Part shown: positions 36,628 through 50,077 of the stretch, in pieces
How positions within the stretch are numbered: position 1 is the stretch's first letter
Layout: each line of letters starts with the position of its first letter
Origin: Selaginella moellendorffii
Lineage: Eukaryota; Plantae; Lycopodiophyta
DNA length: 64,000 bases
NCBI RefSeq assembly: GCF_000143415.4
Contig: NW_003314283.1
Location: 857,769-921,768 of the forward strand
Direction: 5' to 3'
Notes under the pieces: generated by a model
What the model was told of the DNA's origin: nothing
What the model saw: only the letters and a program-made list of their open reading frames with translations
Databases searched by the model: none
Position numbers and translations under genes: made by a program

Positions 36628-36876
36628 ATGGGAAGCAAGGAAAATACAAGATTTGTGAGTAAGAGTTGTAGTGCAAAGGAATGTGAGAATGTTAATTTTG
36701 TTTCACTACCACAATCTCCATATTACACTCCTGGTCCTTATTACCCATCTGGGAATGTGGAGACCACTATCACGATTGATAAAAATGCTCCTATTACTTC
36801 TGAAACAACAGTCCAGAGCAAGAGAAATGAAGAAATGAACAGCACAGCGGAAAGCACCAAGAAATCTACTCCATAA
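36628..36876 (+). CDS. Small S/T/E-rich protein with SLPxSPYYTPG motif (MULE cargo)
   Basis: MGSKENTRF...FVSLPQSPYYTPG...NAPITSETTVQSK...STAESTKK. Homologous to 33645-33902. Confidence 0.6.
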   Translation: MGSKENTRFVSKSCSAKECENVNFVSLPQSPYYTPGPYYPSGNVETTITIDKNAPITSETTVQSKRNEEMNSTAESTKKSTP

Positions 36877-37341
36877 AACTTTCCATGACATTTGTAATTT
36901 ACATATTAATTCATATTAAAAACTCTATTGCTTGCCTATATCGCAATCCTCTCATATGATAAGACCAAGGTATATTTTGCAGTGAATCCTCATTAAAAGT
37001 TTTTGGGAATTGTTTGTAAATAATGATAAAAGAAATCAAAATCTTTCGAAAGACTCAAAAGTAATATCACATCAAAGAATCAACTTTATCTACATTTCCA
37101 AGACTAAAAGGCAATCTCACATGAGAGAATGGTAACGTGCCAACGTGCTCTACCACTATAATGTGGTCTATATTTCCTTGCAATTTATTTCCGTAGACAT
37201 TTGGCATGTGTATATGTGTAGCAAAGTAGGATTCATCATAATGATAGAGCATGTGTATACACGATAATCTAAAATTCTAGAAGCTCTTATGTTTACAAGA
37301 AAGCTATGATTATGAAGCCCCATTTCCAAGACTGACATTTA

Positions 37342-37480
37342 AAGAATCTGAGTATTGTCAGTGTCATAATAAATAAACCTCATTCCCAAGAATCTGAGTA
37401 TTGTCAGTGTCATAATAAATAAACTTCGTTCCCAAGAATCTGAGTATTGTCAGTGTCATAATAAATAAGCCGCATTCCCA
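37342..37480. repeat. 46-bp tandem repeat x3 upstream of the zinc-finger cargo gene
   Basis: aagaatctgagtattgtcagtgtcataataaataa units start at 37342, 37388 and 37434. Confidence 0.9.
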
Positions 37481-37566
37481 AGACTAAAACTTAGTATATA
37501 AACTATCTAGAAAAGTTATAGTCATTGTAGGTTTTTTGTTCTCCTTGAGCTCTTTAGAAGTTTATA

Positions 37567-38112
37567 TTGGCTCAAAGGAGACCCATTGCTAATCGTACTT
37601 GGCCCCCCAGCATTTCATATCAATCTCCACCTCCATCCCCAAGTTCTACCAACATTCCACCTTCACCTCTACATAACAATCCTTTTTCTGCTGAGGGCTC
37701 TAGTGAAGCTGAATTAGAGCTCCCTATATGTGAAATTCCGGATCTTGCTACTAGAGAGGGATTGCCTTTAGCGCTTCAAGAGCAATGCCACATGTTTTTG
37801 CAAGATCTTGCTCCTGACATGGCAGGACTACTTGAAAGCACAGAACGCTATTACATTCAGTGTCCAATATGCTATTTTTTCTTGGACAAGACAAATGGCT
37901 CTATGGGTTTACAAACTTTTCTTGAGCACTGTAAGAATTGCCCAACGGCAGGTCTGGAAAATGTGCACATGTGGATGTACAATAGATTCAAGAATGAGTT
38001 ACAGACACATACCCACTATCGCTTCATGGTGAGGAATAACATCCCCTTGGGAAACACTGCATTGGCTAGTGCAAAATATGGGGTTTTTAGGCCACCCTAT
38101 AGTGGAATGTAA
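37567..38112 (+). CDS. Small C2H2 (zf-XS-like) zinc-finger protein, MULE cargo
   Basis: CPICYFFLDKTNGSMGLQTFLEHCKNCPTAGLENVH...ELQTHTHY. Paralogous to 55175-55627. The start codon is uncertain (TTG in the ORF track). Confidence 0.55.
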   Translation: MAQRRPIANRTWPPSISYQSPPPSPSSTNIPPSPLHNNPFSAEGSSEAELELPICEIPDLATREGLPLALQEQCHMFLQDLAPDMAGLLESTERYYIQCPICYFFLDKTNGSMGLQTFLEHCKNCPTAGLENVHMWMYNRFKNELQTHTHYRFMVRNNIPLGNTALASAKYGVFRPPYSGM

Positions 38113-40149
38113 GATCTAGAATTACTTTACTATACTATAGTATTGTCACTATTAAAAGAAAAAATATAATAAAATGATATTAGTTGTAGGTAACATACCT
38201 TGTTCTAGAAGGTGCTATCATATCACATACAATTGTTTACAAAATGTTGAAGAAGGAGATGGCAACACACAAACGCTACAAAGTGATGGTGACAAGTGAG
38301 AATGATAATCTATAATTATGGTATCTGACACTGACACTGACATCTGACAATTTTACTGACATCTGACACTTTCACTGACATCTAACATATAATAAGCTTT
38401 CCATTTTATGTAAGGATGCAATTAACTTTCTTCTGCCTCATCATCAACATAATGATTTCTTTTATACTTCCTCCTATAGTGGTATTGCGGGGAAGATTCA
38501 CCTTGCATATGTTGAGCCATGGCTTCTGCATAGTCAGGGAGACTTCGAAATCCTCAAATTCTAGAAACTCCAGGTGACTGTGATCTATAAAATAGAATGA
38601 AATATATATTGAAATTTTAATAAAACATAATTTACCTCCTTGAGGTTGAAGGCAACTCACGAAATCCTCTGAGCCGGCATTTGAAGAAATGATGTTCTTC
38701 AATAGCAAACACTGACCTACCAGAGTCACGTGCTGCCTCCACCATAGAACCGCTACTTGCTATGCAATCAATCACAATACCATCTGGTGGGCAATAGAGC
38801 TCAAGCAAGACTTGCATTGCTGATGGAGTTTGGAATCGGTACCCTGGAAACGTGTTGCGGATCTGCTCATCCACAAGGTTGGGTATGATGTTAGTGGAAC
38901 TGTCGTACCCAGGCAAAACACGTGCTGCACGTTCGCTATCACAAAACCCATCATGTGTGTTTCTGCAGAAGGCATGATAGGTCCACATCATAACCTGGAA
39001 AATAAAAATGTTTAGAAATTAGATAAAAATATAAAATACATACTCACCTTTTCAGGCTTCCCTTGGACGCCCCTCGTATCAACGCCAATAGGATCCATAA
39101 TGCACCCGGAAGAGAATGACTTGAAATGAACTTCTGCTGCACATGTCATAAGCTCATACATCCAGTTGGGGTCGTTCGGTAGGATGAAGACGACATGGCC
39201 AGCTTCGAGCATAAGTACTTCGGACAATAGGAATGCATCGCGCAAGTGGTTAGGTGTGAGAAAGTTCCAATCCTCAACTTTCCCATCGATATCTGAAAGA
39301 CCATCTGGAAAGTCAAAGAGAATGAAGTCCGCAACTGGGAGCACGGGCCTTTGTATCTTTTGGCACCAACGGTTGAACTGGCGGCGTATATCCATGTTGA
39401 TGTCATCTTCCGTGAAAGATGTCAATAATCTACTGTAAGAGCCAATGAAGATACCCACAATGCCTCGCTGTGTTATTGGGGACACAGGACGGACCTATAA
39501 AAGAGCTAAGTGAATGAAAAAAGTAATAAATAGTATGATACCGTCATATGGCGTGTTGTCGATGAGAGTTCCTCCAACTCCTCTTCACGAGCATCTCGTC
39601 GAGCTGGAATGAAATTACTACCAACAGTCATTGTTGCAAAAAACATGTATTACCACCTTTAGTTTGTAAAATTCACTTTTGCTTACCTTGAGGTCGACGT
39701 GATATTCTGTGAACCACTTGATCATCGTTATTTACTGGTAAAACCTGATCCGGATCTTGGTTGTTTGATGGTTGAATTGGAGCCTGTTCCTGACTGTCTG
39801 GTGGTGGAACATGAACTTGATCTGGAGCTTCCTCATCCTCGTCTCCATCGTCACTTGCATTGCCATTGTTGCTAGCATTGATAATTTCCTCGCGATCTAG
39901 TGTAGAGGTTTCTTTCCCTAGGAGCTCCAACTCCCAAGGGCATTCTATCTTCGGTGCCTTTGGAACTCTCGCAAACATTGTTGGATACATTCCTCCATCT
40001 CTTACACCCTTTGCAACAAGTTGAGTGCAAACTGGTGCCTCAAATGGCATGCCTCTATATCGAAGATACTTGTAAACAATATATATTAAAAAACAGTCTT
40101 AGAAATCATATTATACCTATAAGCTGCACATCGCATGAAATAAGGTTGA

Positions 40150-43100
40150 TGTAAGCGACTAATTTTTTCCATTCTACTTTAGTCACTTAACCACACCTCC
40201 GACCACTTGGAGGAGTCTCAATCACAACCTCCATAAGTCCAATTCAGGACTTGGGATTTGCTAGCCCCGAGAATGGCATCCATGCCACTCAACATTTGCA
40301 CTTGGTCCAAGTGCTCCACGTGTCCGATCCCACGACCGACACTCAAAGGCACCACCGACATGGCAGCCTGTTACGCTAAGGCCATGCCCAATCACCTTTG
40401 CCACACTGGTAGTCCAATACCACTTGCATCACAGTCTTGGCTCCCCAAGACTAGGCAAACCATCCGTGAGTGGTCATCTCAGATCCACTCCTTAGCATCC
40501 TTAGGATGCCCACCGACAAGGGGAATAGCCTTCCCCAATTTCCCTCTGTCAGTCCCCACTAAGTCCCTTTCTGCCCCTGGCCGTGTTTGCCGACACTACC
40601 ACTGGATCGAGGCTCATAGGCCCGACCACTAAGTCCCACGGTCCTCTAGGACTTCCTCACCACACGATTGTGTCCTTGGTCCCTACCCCAGAGGACTGCT
40701 CCTCTTCCTTTCCACAGTCTGGGCCTTTGGGACAACATTTCGAAACACCGTGGCCTTACGCGAGCCACTTGGGTACTCTCCCCGCCTTCCGCCTTTAGGT
40801 GCTCTAGCCATGGGCTTAGAGCGAGGTTCCGTTGAGCCACGACAGGTATCCAAGTAGGTAGTGCCACCCACACTTGGACTGGGAGCATCGGCCAATCGAT
40901 CTCCCAGGGGAACTAGAGCCGGCTCTTGAACACTTCACCAAGCTACCCTGCTTGTCGGTCCGTGTTCACTCTAGTCTTGGACTTCCTAGTGGGCAGCTCA
41001 TCACCCAACACTGGGTCCGGCCTTCCTGGGCCAAACTGGCCTTTCCTGGCCAAACTGGCTCCACTGCAGTCCTCCCCCTACTATACTTTTGGAGCTCACC
41101 AAACCCCCCAGGGTCTGGGAGACGAACGCTTTGGGCTTTCACCCTCTCAGACTCGGACTCGGACTCGGACTCGGACTCGGACTCGGACTCGGACTCGGAC
41201 TCGGACTCGGACTCGGACTCGGACTCGGACTCGGACTCGGACTCGGACTCGGACTCGGACTCGGACTCGGACTCGGACTCGGACTCGGACTCGGACTCGG
41301 ACTCGGACTCGGACTCGGACTCGGACTCGGACTCGGACTCGGACTCGGACTCGGACTCGGGCTCGGGCTCGGGCTCGGGCTCGGTCTTGGTCTCAGTCCC
41401 GATCTCGGTCTCGGTCTCGTCCCGGTCTTGGTCCCGGTCTCGGTCTCGACTTCGGACTCCATCTCGGGTCTATCTCGGACTCCATCTCGGGTCCATCTCG
41501 GACTCCATCTCGGGTCCACCTCGGACTCCATCTCGGGTCCATCTCGGGTCCATCTTGGGTCCATCTCGGACTCCATCTCAGGTCCATCTCGGACTCCATC
41601 TCGGGTCCATCTCGGACTCCATCTCGGTCCATCTCGGACTCCATCTTGGACTCCATCTCGGACTCCATATCGGACTCCATCTCGGACTCCATCTCGGACT
41701 CCATCTCGGACTCCTAATCGGACTCCACTTCAGGTCCATCTCGGACTCCATCTCGGATCCATCTCGGGTCCATCTCGGGTCCATCTCGGACTCCATCTCG
41801 GACTCCATCTCGGACTCCATCTCGGACTCCACTTCGGACTCCAACTCGGGTCCATCTCGGACACTTCCACGTGTCATGTGTTGGTCCTTTTGGGTCCCTT
41901 TTTGGAGCCTCGCTTATTGCTCTCTTTGTGCTTGTTCCTCGAGCACTTTGTTGGGAGTTCCACTCCCGCTCTCGACCTTTCAAGGTGGAGCTTTTAGTCC
42001 AAACGTGTTACGCTCGTTTGGCTTTCGCTTCGGCCACTACCACGTGGCACCCCTCTGGCTCCACTTTGGGGCCTAGGGATTTTGTGTCTCACAACTCCAC
42101 CACCCATAGACGAAGTTCGATGTCCTCATCGAACGGTAAACCCTTTCATAAAGTAACACCCGCATGTGTTACCATTTCCATCCTTGGCACCCAACCAATA
42201 TCTGTCTATGGTTTGACACCAAAGGCTCACCATGCCTTGTCCATCCTCTAAGGAGCATAGCCTCTCCAACTTAGAGGCTCATTTGACCACTTGTGGTGGT
42301 TCTCTCCTTTTATTGGTTTAGTTTTCACTAAACCTGTTAGAGACACCTTCTCTAACTCGATCCCACTACTCGTTCTCGAGTGGTCTCACTTTCCAGCGCT
42401 ATAACCCTTGCACTTTGGATCTTTTAATTCTGACTTCTTGAAGTCAATTTCCTAGGTGTCTCCGACACCTTGCATTGCACATATTGTGCAACTCCACTTC
42501 CTCATGCTAGGAAGTTCTCCACTTGAGGGCACCATCATCCTCTGTTCGATTTCATGCCACCTTTGGGCACTGAGTTTCAGTTATCACATTCTGTGCTAGG
42601 GCTGTCCACGGCTTTATCTTTTGGCTACTTTGCCGCTCCCTCACTTGGAGCTTTTATTTCGCCAAATTGGAGCACTTAGGAATCCATCCTTGGAAGTCCA
42701 CTTCCTTTCCCACAAGCCGTTAGCATCAAACACATTAGTGTTCCTTGGCTAACTTTGCCATTTGGATCCCTTCCATTAAATTCCATGGCCCAAACTTGGC
42801 CACTAGTCCTTTGCTCCTATCCTTGATTGTTGCACCCAGCAACATAGGATCGCTACCTCCATTTTTGAGGTATCCTTTCGGTTCCATAGCAAAGACTCTT
42901 CTTTGCCAAGTCCGGAGGTTGTTCACCCCTAGTACGTCTCTTTAGCATCTTCTGCTATGGGCTCTATCCATGGCCCAACTTCGTGACCCTCCCATGGGTC
43001 TCTTATAAAGACTACCTTCCTCGGACTCACTATGCCATCGCACGGACATAGTTTATTTCTCTTAGGTGCTCTTCCCACTTGGTCATCATGACCAAGCCAC

Positions 43101-46100
43101 ACCACCTTAAACAGTTCAATTTCAACATTTTGAACTAGAAACTTCATTCCTTAGCCAACCAAGGACCTTGTCCTTATTTGGAAATAAGATCACCTAGTGA
43201 TCTCACCTTGGCACCTTAACAGAGTTGCCAAGAGGTACTTGGTCTTCTAGACCTTCAAGTTGTTGACTATAACCCCGGGGGCATTCCCCACACTTGGCGG
43301 TGCACCCAAGCCAGCCCTTACGGCCAAGGGTTCACAGCAACTGAGATTAGGTGTCCCCATCTCACTCACCACGTCCTTGGTGCCACTTGCACCAAAGCGT
43401 TCAAGTTAGATATGCCGAGCTTTCACACTAAGCAATCTAACCGTGCATCATGTCTCCGAGGCATCCCTCGCTTGGCGGTGTGCCCAAACCAGTCTCCCCA
43501 CTGAGAGTCCATGACCACCGAAATATGAGTGTCCTCTTATTCCAATCCATCACCACGCCCTAGTGATTTGGGACTCGAACCCAAGCACTAGAGGGTTGGG
43601 ACTCGAACCCAACCTCCATATATGCATCTACAGATGGCATCACACCGGATGCCTGGTGTGACTCCCCACGCCGGTGCACCAACTTATACTCAAAGCGCGC
43701 TATAGATCACAGCTTAGGAACCTAGTTCCTCCACACTGTCAAGTCCTCTCACTTGACAAGTCTGTGATCATGCATGGACTCCTCCACGCTTGGCCCCATG
43801 GCCCACCCTTTTTGAAGTTGTCACCTTCAACTAGGGTATTTGTTCCCCTGACTTGCTAATCTCGCTTGGCAAGTCCTCTGACCACTGTAACATGGTTCTT
43901 GCACAAGCGTGAAAGTCCTTGACCATCAACTTTCGTTCAAAGCCCTCTCTTTGAACACTCGAGAACTACTTCCCTAACCTTGATAGCCTTGCCTCATTGC
44001 AAGCTTCAAGACCACGCTTCTGCTGCGCCACTCTGATTTCGCGCATTCTATGAACCATTTATGCTTGGCCTTTCTAGGTACTAAGCTACCTAGAATCGTC
44101 TTTGGGAACCTTGAAGGGACTCTGTCCCTTAGCTTGCTAAGGCCTCCCTTTTTGCAAGCTTTCCAATTGCCACATAGTCTAACATGGACAATTCCATATT
44201 TTAGACTCTCCATGGCATCACGGTTGCTAGCGGCAACAACCCTCGAGCCCCCACTTGATTCTCCACTCCCAGCTGGCATAACCAACCTTGGTTATGCCCT
44301 TCGATTCCTTTGGTTCGGTTCTATCCCCTTACTTCTTGCTTTTGGCTTCGCACCTTTCCTTCGGTCATTCTCCTCCAGACCAGGAGGATAGCTTTGCACT
44401 TTCTATCATGCCTTAGCAAGTATTCCTAAAGATGAACCTACTCAATAGCCCAGGGAGTGGTTCTTCAATTCGGGTATGCTCACCTTATAATCCCACACAC
44501 TGGGATTACATTGTTGCTTATGGGCCTTTACATGCCCGTCACTAGCCTTGCCAAAGTTCCATTTTTGGCTTTGTCCAACTCGGGTAGATAGTTTTCTCCT
44601 GTCTCCACAACCTTGGACATTTGGATAGCACCAACTATCCATCATTCGCTAGGGACTTAGTCCCTTGGGCCTTATCCATTGCCCTTGCGATATCAAACAC
44701 CACCTTCTGGTGTTCTAGAGTGTTCGGGTGTACCAATGATGGCTTTCTTGACAATGAGTATTTCCTTTTATGACATTGACTTACTATATTGCAACATAAG
44801 CAACTTATCCCCCGTAAAGGTATATTCAACTTCCCTATGCTATTAAGAAGTCTTGGGTAGCTACCTTCTACCCGTTTAACCAGTTATTCTGCACCTCTTG
44901 CTTAGTTGCCTCATAGTTGTCAAGTCCTACAACTCATTGTTTGGTGCTTCCACACCTCCATCATTATCTGGGTCACCACACTCCAACTGCATGCTCTGCA
45001 GCTTAGGCTATGCCATTCCCATTTCCATTGGGATTCCTTTGGCAAGGGGTTCTCATGAACCCACGAACATAGCCTCAAGGTATCACACATTGGCACATTT
45101 GGTGTCTCCACACCATCGGCTCCACGAGCCTACCTCTATGACACTTCCCCTTTGTGTCTAAGTCTTTGCCAAGACCAACACCGCTCTTTCTCATGCCAAC
45201 CATCCGTTAGCACTGCGCCATAGAGGTCACACACAACTTTGTGTCAAAGTTGTTTTCTTCTGGGAACACCTTTCCCATAACTTTAGCATGGCACATTTTG
45301 CCATCGATGAGATACCCTTTGTTCTCATCCTTGGATCCTCATCCTTGGATCCTATGATCCCCCCCCATCCTTCGTGGGGTACAACACACCTTAGTCCAAA
45401 TGCTTCCATCAGTCCTTTTAGGACCATTCCTTGACTCTACTTGAGTCATCCAGCAGTTTTGGACTTGGTTAATCCACAGACCTGTAAGGTCCTACTTGTG
45501 AGGCACTAGCTCACTCGAATACACTTCTTGCATTCCTGTCCTACTCAAGAGGACTATTTTCACAAGTGTTACTCTGACATTTGATTTTGTTCTCTGGGGG
45601 CAACCTCTGCCCCTTAGGACTACTTGTCCATGTAATGAGAATACCAACTCATGTTTAAGTACACCCCCCAACTCCTTGGGTTGTTCCAGCATTTATTAAA
45701 GGTAGCCCCGGCTACCATTTCAAGGACTTGAGTCCTCTTTCGTATCTGACCTCCCATAGTCATTACTTCTGGTCTCACATTCATGAGCACCAACCTCAAC
45801 TATATGAGGATAATCTTATGACTCCTTTATTGCTTTGGAGTCTTCATCTTTCCCGTGATCCCAACTGTAGTTGTTTACCACAACTACATTAGCCAGTTTG
45901 CTAAGTTAAATGCTCATCTGGGTCACATCCTCAACTCTCTGAGGAAAACCATATACTGTTCCCAAGATCCCAAAGTCGTTCCCTTACTGGCCCCTTTTCT
46001 ATCCACCACATCGCGCCCAAGTTCATGCATGAACTCGAGTGGAGAGCCATGTCCTCTCGACGTACTACTCCTCAAGGATAGGCCCACTCCTAGGACCTTC

Positions 46101-48006
46101 CGATGCCAATATCAATGGTGATATACTTGAGCACCAATAAAAGTCGGACTAAGGAACAGCTCCGATACCAAATTGTAAGTGACTAATTTTTTCCATTCTA
46201 CTTTAGTCACTTAACCACACCTCCGACCACTTAGAGGAGTCTCAATCACAACCTCCATAAGTCCAATTCAGGACTTGGGACTTGCTAGCCCCGAGAATGG
46301 CATCCATGCCACTCAACATTTGCACTTGGTCCAAGTGCTCCACGTGTTCGATCCCACGACCGACACTCAAAGGCACCACCGACATGGCAGCCTGTTACGC
46401 TAAGGCCATGCCCAATCACCTTTGCCACACTAGTAGTCCAATACCACTTGCATCACAGTCTTGGCTCCCCAAGACTAGGCAAACAATCCGTGAGTGGTCA
46501 TCTCAGATCCACTCCTTAGCATCCTTAGGATGCCCACCGACAAGGGGAATAGCCTTCCCCAATTTCCCTCTGTTAGTCCCCACTAAGTCCCTTTCTGCCC
46601 CTGGCCGTGTTTGCCGACACTGCCACTGGATCGAGGCCCATAGGCCCGACCACTAAGTCCCACGGTCCTCTAGGACTTCCTCACCACACGATTGTGTCCT
46701 TGGTCCTTACCCCAGAGGACTGCTCCTCTTCCTTTCCACAGTCTGGGCCTTTGGGACAACATTTCGAAACACCGTGGCCTTACGCGAGCCACTTGGGTAC
46801 TCTCCCCGCCTTCCGCCTTTAGGTGCTCTAGCCATGGGCTTAGAGTGAGGTTCCGTTGAGCCACGACAGGTATCCAAGTAGGTAGTGCCACCCACACTTG
46901 GACTGGGAGCATCGGCCAGTCGATCTCCCAGGGGAACTAGAGCCGGCTCTTGAACACTTCACCAAGCTACCCCGCTTGTCGGTCCGTGTTCACTCTAGTC
47001 TTGGACTTCCCAGTGGGCAGCTCATCACCCAACACTGGGTCCGGCCTTCCTGGGCCAAACTGGCCTTTCCTGGCCAAACTGGCTCCACTGCAGTCCTCCC
47101 CCTACTATACTTTTGGAGCTCACCAAACCCCCCAGGGTCTGGGAGACGAACGCTTTGGGCTTTCACCCTCTCAGACTCGAACTCGAACTCGGACTCGGAC
47201 TCGGACTCGGACTCGGACTCGGACTCGGACTCGGACTCGGACTCGGACTCGGACTCGGACTCGGACTCGGACTCGGACTCGGACTCGGACTCGGACTCGG
47301 ACTCGGACTCGGCCTCAGCCTCGGCCTCGGTCTTGGTCTCAGTCCCGATCTCGGTCTCAGTCTCGGTCCCGGTCTTGGTCCCGGTCTCGGTCTCGACTTC
47401 GGACTCCATCTCGGGTCTATCTCGGACTCCATCTCGGGTCCATCTCGGACTCCATCTCGGACTCCATCTTGGGTCCACCTCGGACTCCATCTCGGGTCCA
47501 TCTCAGGTCCATCTTGGGTCCATCTCGGACTCCATCTCGGGTCCATCTCGGACTCCATCTCGGTCCATCTCGGACTCCATCTCGGACTCCATATCGGACT
47601 CCATCTTGGACTCTATCTCGGACTCCATCTCGGACTCCATCTCGGACTCCTAATCGGACTCCACTTCGGGTCCATCTCGGACTCCATCTCGGATCCATCT
47701 CGGGTCCATCTCGGACTCCATCTCGGACTCCATCTCGGACTCCACTTCGGACTCCAACTCGGGTCCATCTCGGACACTTCCACGTGTCATGTGTTGGTCC
47801 ATTTGGGTCCCTTTTTGGAGCCTCGCTTATTACTCTCTTTGTGCTTGTTCCTCGAGCACTTTGTTGGGAGTTCCACTCCCGCTCTCGACCTTTCAAGGTG
47901 GAGCTTTTAGTCCAAACGTGTTACGCTCGTTTGGCTTTCGCTTCGGCCACTACCACGTGGCACCCCTTCGGCTCCACTTTGGGGCCTAGGGATTTTGTGT
48001 CTCACA
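40150..48006 (-). mobile_element. Complete young copy B of the non-autonomous LTR element
   Basis: Nearly identical TG...CA LTRs at 40150-42093 and 46174-48006. 5-bp TSD GTTGA at 40145-40149 and 48007-48011. PBS at 46159-46170. No gag/pol ORF. Confidence 0.93.
41150..41359. repeat. (GACTCG)35 microsatellite in LTR, followed by 11/12-bp CCATCTCGG minisatellite to ~41860
   Basis: Direct count. The partner LTR has about 23 units (47174-47311). Confidence 0.95.
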
Positions 48007-50077
48007 GTTGACCATGTTGGCAATCATAAGTTGTTGTGCTTGTAGACTTCTCTGGCAGCCACCCCTCTTCGATCCCTTCCAATGACGTGTTGATGTAGGT
48101 GTCGAAAGACATGAATGTGCCATCTGGATCGTCACCAATGTGTGGTGCCAAGAACTTCTCACCTTCACTTATAGTTTGCATGATGTAGACAGCCCTTCTC
48201 ATCATGTTCTCAAATAGTTCTGGCTGTCCTTTCTCTCTGTTCATCAAGCAGACATTGAGGAACTCCAGAGTCTCTATCTGTTGCTTATATGGAAGCTTCG
48301 ATTTTGTGATATTGTAAATCATGTCATCTGGAGTTTTGTTCATTGCAAAAGTAACATATGCATAATTAAGAAAAATGAAGTGTGATAAAAAACTTACATT
48401 CATGAGAAGAAATTTTGGCTATAGTCTCTAGCCACTCCTTCGGCCTGCGATTGTCTGTAATGCATACTAGTTTCTTCAACTTTGAGGACTTTGCATGCTG
48501 AATTTTGTGCTCAATTTGTACAAACTCAGCTGAGAGCTCTTCCCGACTCTTCTCCGGATATGCAAGTTCATAAGCATCCTGCTTGACCTTCACCAAAGGC
48601 TAAAAACCAAAACAATTAAAAGAGGCTTTTATAAAATAAAAGGGAAAGACATACCTTACACCACACAGCGAGCATAAAACTGATTGGGTTGTTGAACCAA
48701 ATTGTACTGTCATTTTGAGTGCGTGAGTGCCGAACAAGTGTTGCGAGATCATCACCATAATGTTGGCGAATGTCATCCTCACTCAAGTCTGCCAAAAATC
48801 GAAGTTGCTCGATGTTATGGACAAGATTTTGTTTTTGAACAGCGAACTGCCCAAGCCTACATTTAAACACAACAAAACAAGTTAAAGTGGAGTTAGAGGT
48901 AAAATTATAAAACTTACGCATTGATTTTTTGGCAGGCCAAGATAAGTCTGTTGACATCCAAAGGTCCCCTCGCATAGACATGGCCGACTGGAACGTTGAT
49001 ATGGTAGACAGAATCATCACGAAAATGATCGTCGATACACTTCATCCAAGCTCCATATCGGTGGTTACCGTCAATAATTTGGAACATTGTCCCCGCAAGC
49101 TGTCGAGTCTCAGGATGTCTGATAAGCATGTCATCAAATTCTAGGGACTTCCTCCTCCAAATAGGATCCCAGCTATTCACAATCTCGGGTGTGACAGTAA
49201 TGATGTCCGTTGTTCCTGGCTTGCAAAAAGAGACTAGAAACATATCAATATTTGTTGCAAGGCCATTCTGTTTGAACAAGCTGTATATATCCGGGTTGAC
49301 ATACTTGGATGCTGTGCGGACAAGGTTCGTCTGCTGCAAACGGCAAAGGGGGATTTCTCTGATCAAGTCACAAGGGCCTGGCCACTTGAGCGCCTCAAGT
49401 GTTTGGTGAACTGCTTTTTCCCTTGTCCGCATAACAGTCTCTTGGAAGCGCTTGTCCACCACGTTGTCAGGAAGGTCTGCAACTCTTTCAGCTCCAGGCT
49501 GTTCCTCAGGTTCCCTATCGTGAACACCACTAGATTGCCCAACTTCAGGGATTTGCGTTGGTGGTGGTGGCGGTGGTGGCGGGGGCAGAGGCAATAGTGG
49601 CAGTGGTGGTGGCAATGGTGGTGGCGGCGGTGGCGGCGGGGGCAGAGGCAATAGTGGTAGTGGTGGTGGCAATGGTGGTGGTGGCGGTGGCGATGGAAGT
49701 GGTGGAGGTGGTGATGGAGGTGGTGGAGGTGGCGATGGCGGTGGTGGAGGTGGTGATGGTGGAGGTGATGGTGGTGGAGGTGGTGAATCTCTATTTAAAT
49801 GTGTCTCTGTTGTGCCAATGGACATGTCGATTGTGATGTCGTCGTCAGTACCAAATTGAACTTCTCGTGTCTTCTTGGCTCCAACAACCTTTTTCTGTAT
49901 TACAATTTTCCTTTTCTGCAAGAGAAAAAGTTTTGTTAGTCAAACTAAATAAAGATAATGAGAAATTCAAACAGTCAAAGAGAAAAAAAAAATCAAGTGG
50001 GCCTAGACTCCACCTCGGCCCCCTGGGCAGCCAAAGTGCCCGAGGTGGCCGGCCGGAGCTCGACCTCGGGCAGTTTT

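Noticed and set aside
40874-42076. Long SD/RT/GL/SP-repeat ORFs (also 15214-16150, 21040-21813, 46898-48011)
   Set aside because: By-products of stop-free micro- and minisatellites in LTRs; open in many frames on both strands.
43540-43640. tRNA gene or SINE
   Set aside because: Only T-arm-like motifs; no A box, acceptor stem or cloverleaf recognisable.
49558-49790. Extensin or formin gene from the poly-proline tract
   Set aside because: No signal peptide or FH2 domain; it is a low-complexity linker ahead of the ParB-like domain.
38632-49921. Bacterial contamination or prophage as source of the ParB/MTase
   Set aside because: The gene has spliceosomal introns, lies within a TSD-bounded plant MULE and is interrupted by a plant LTR element.
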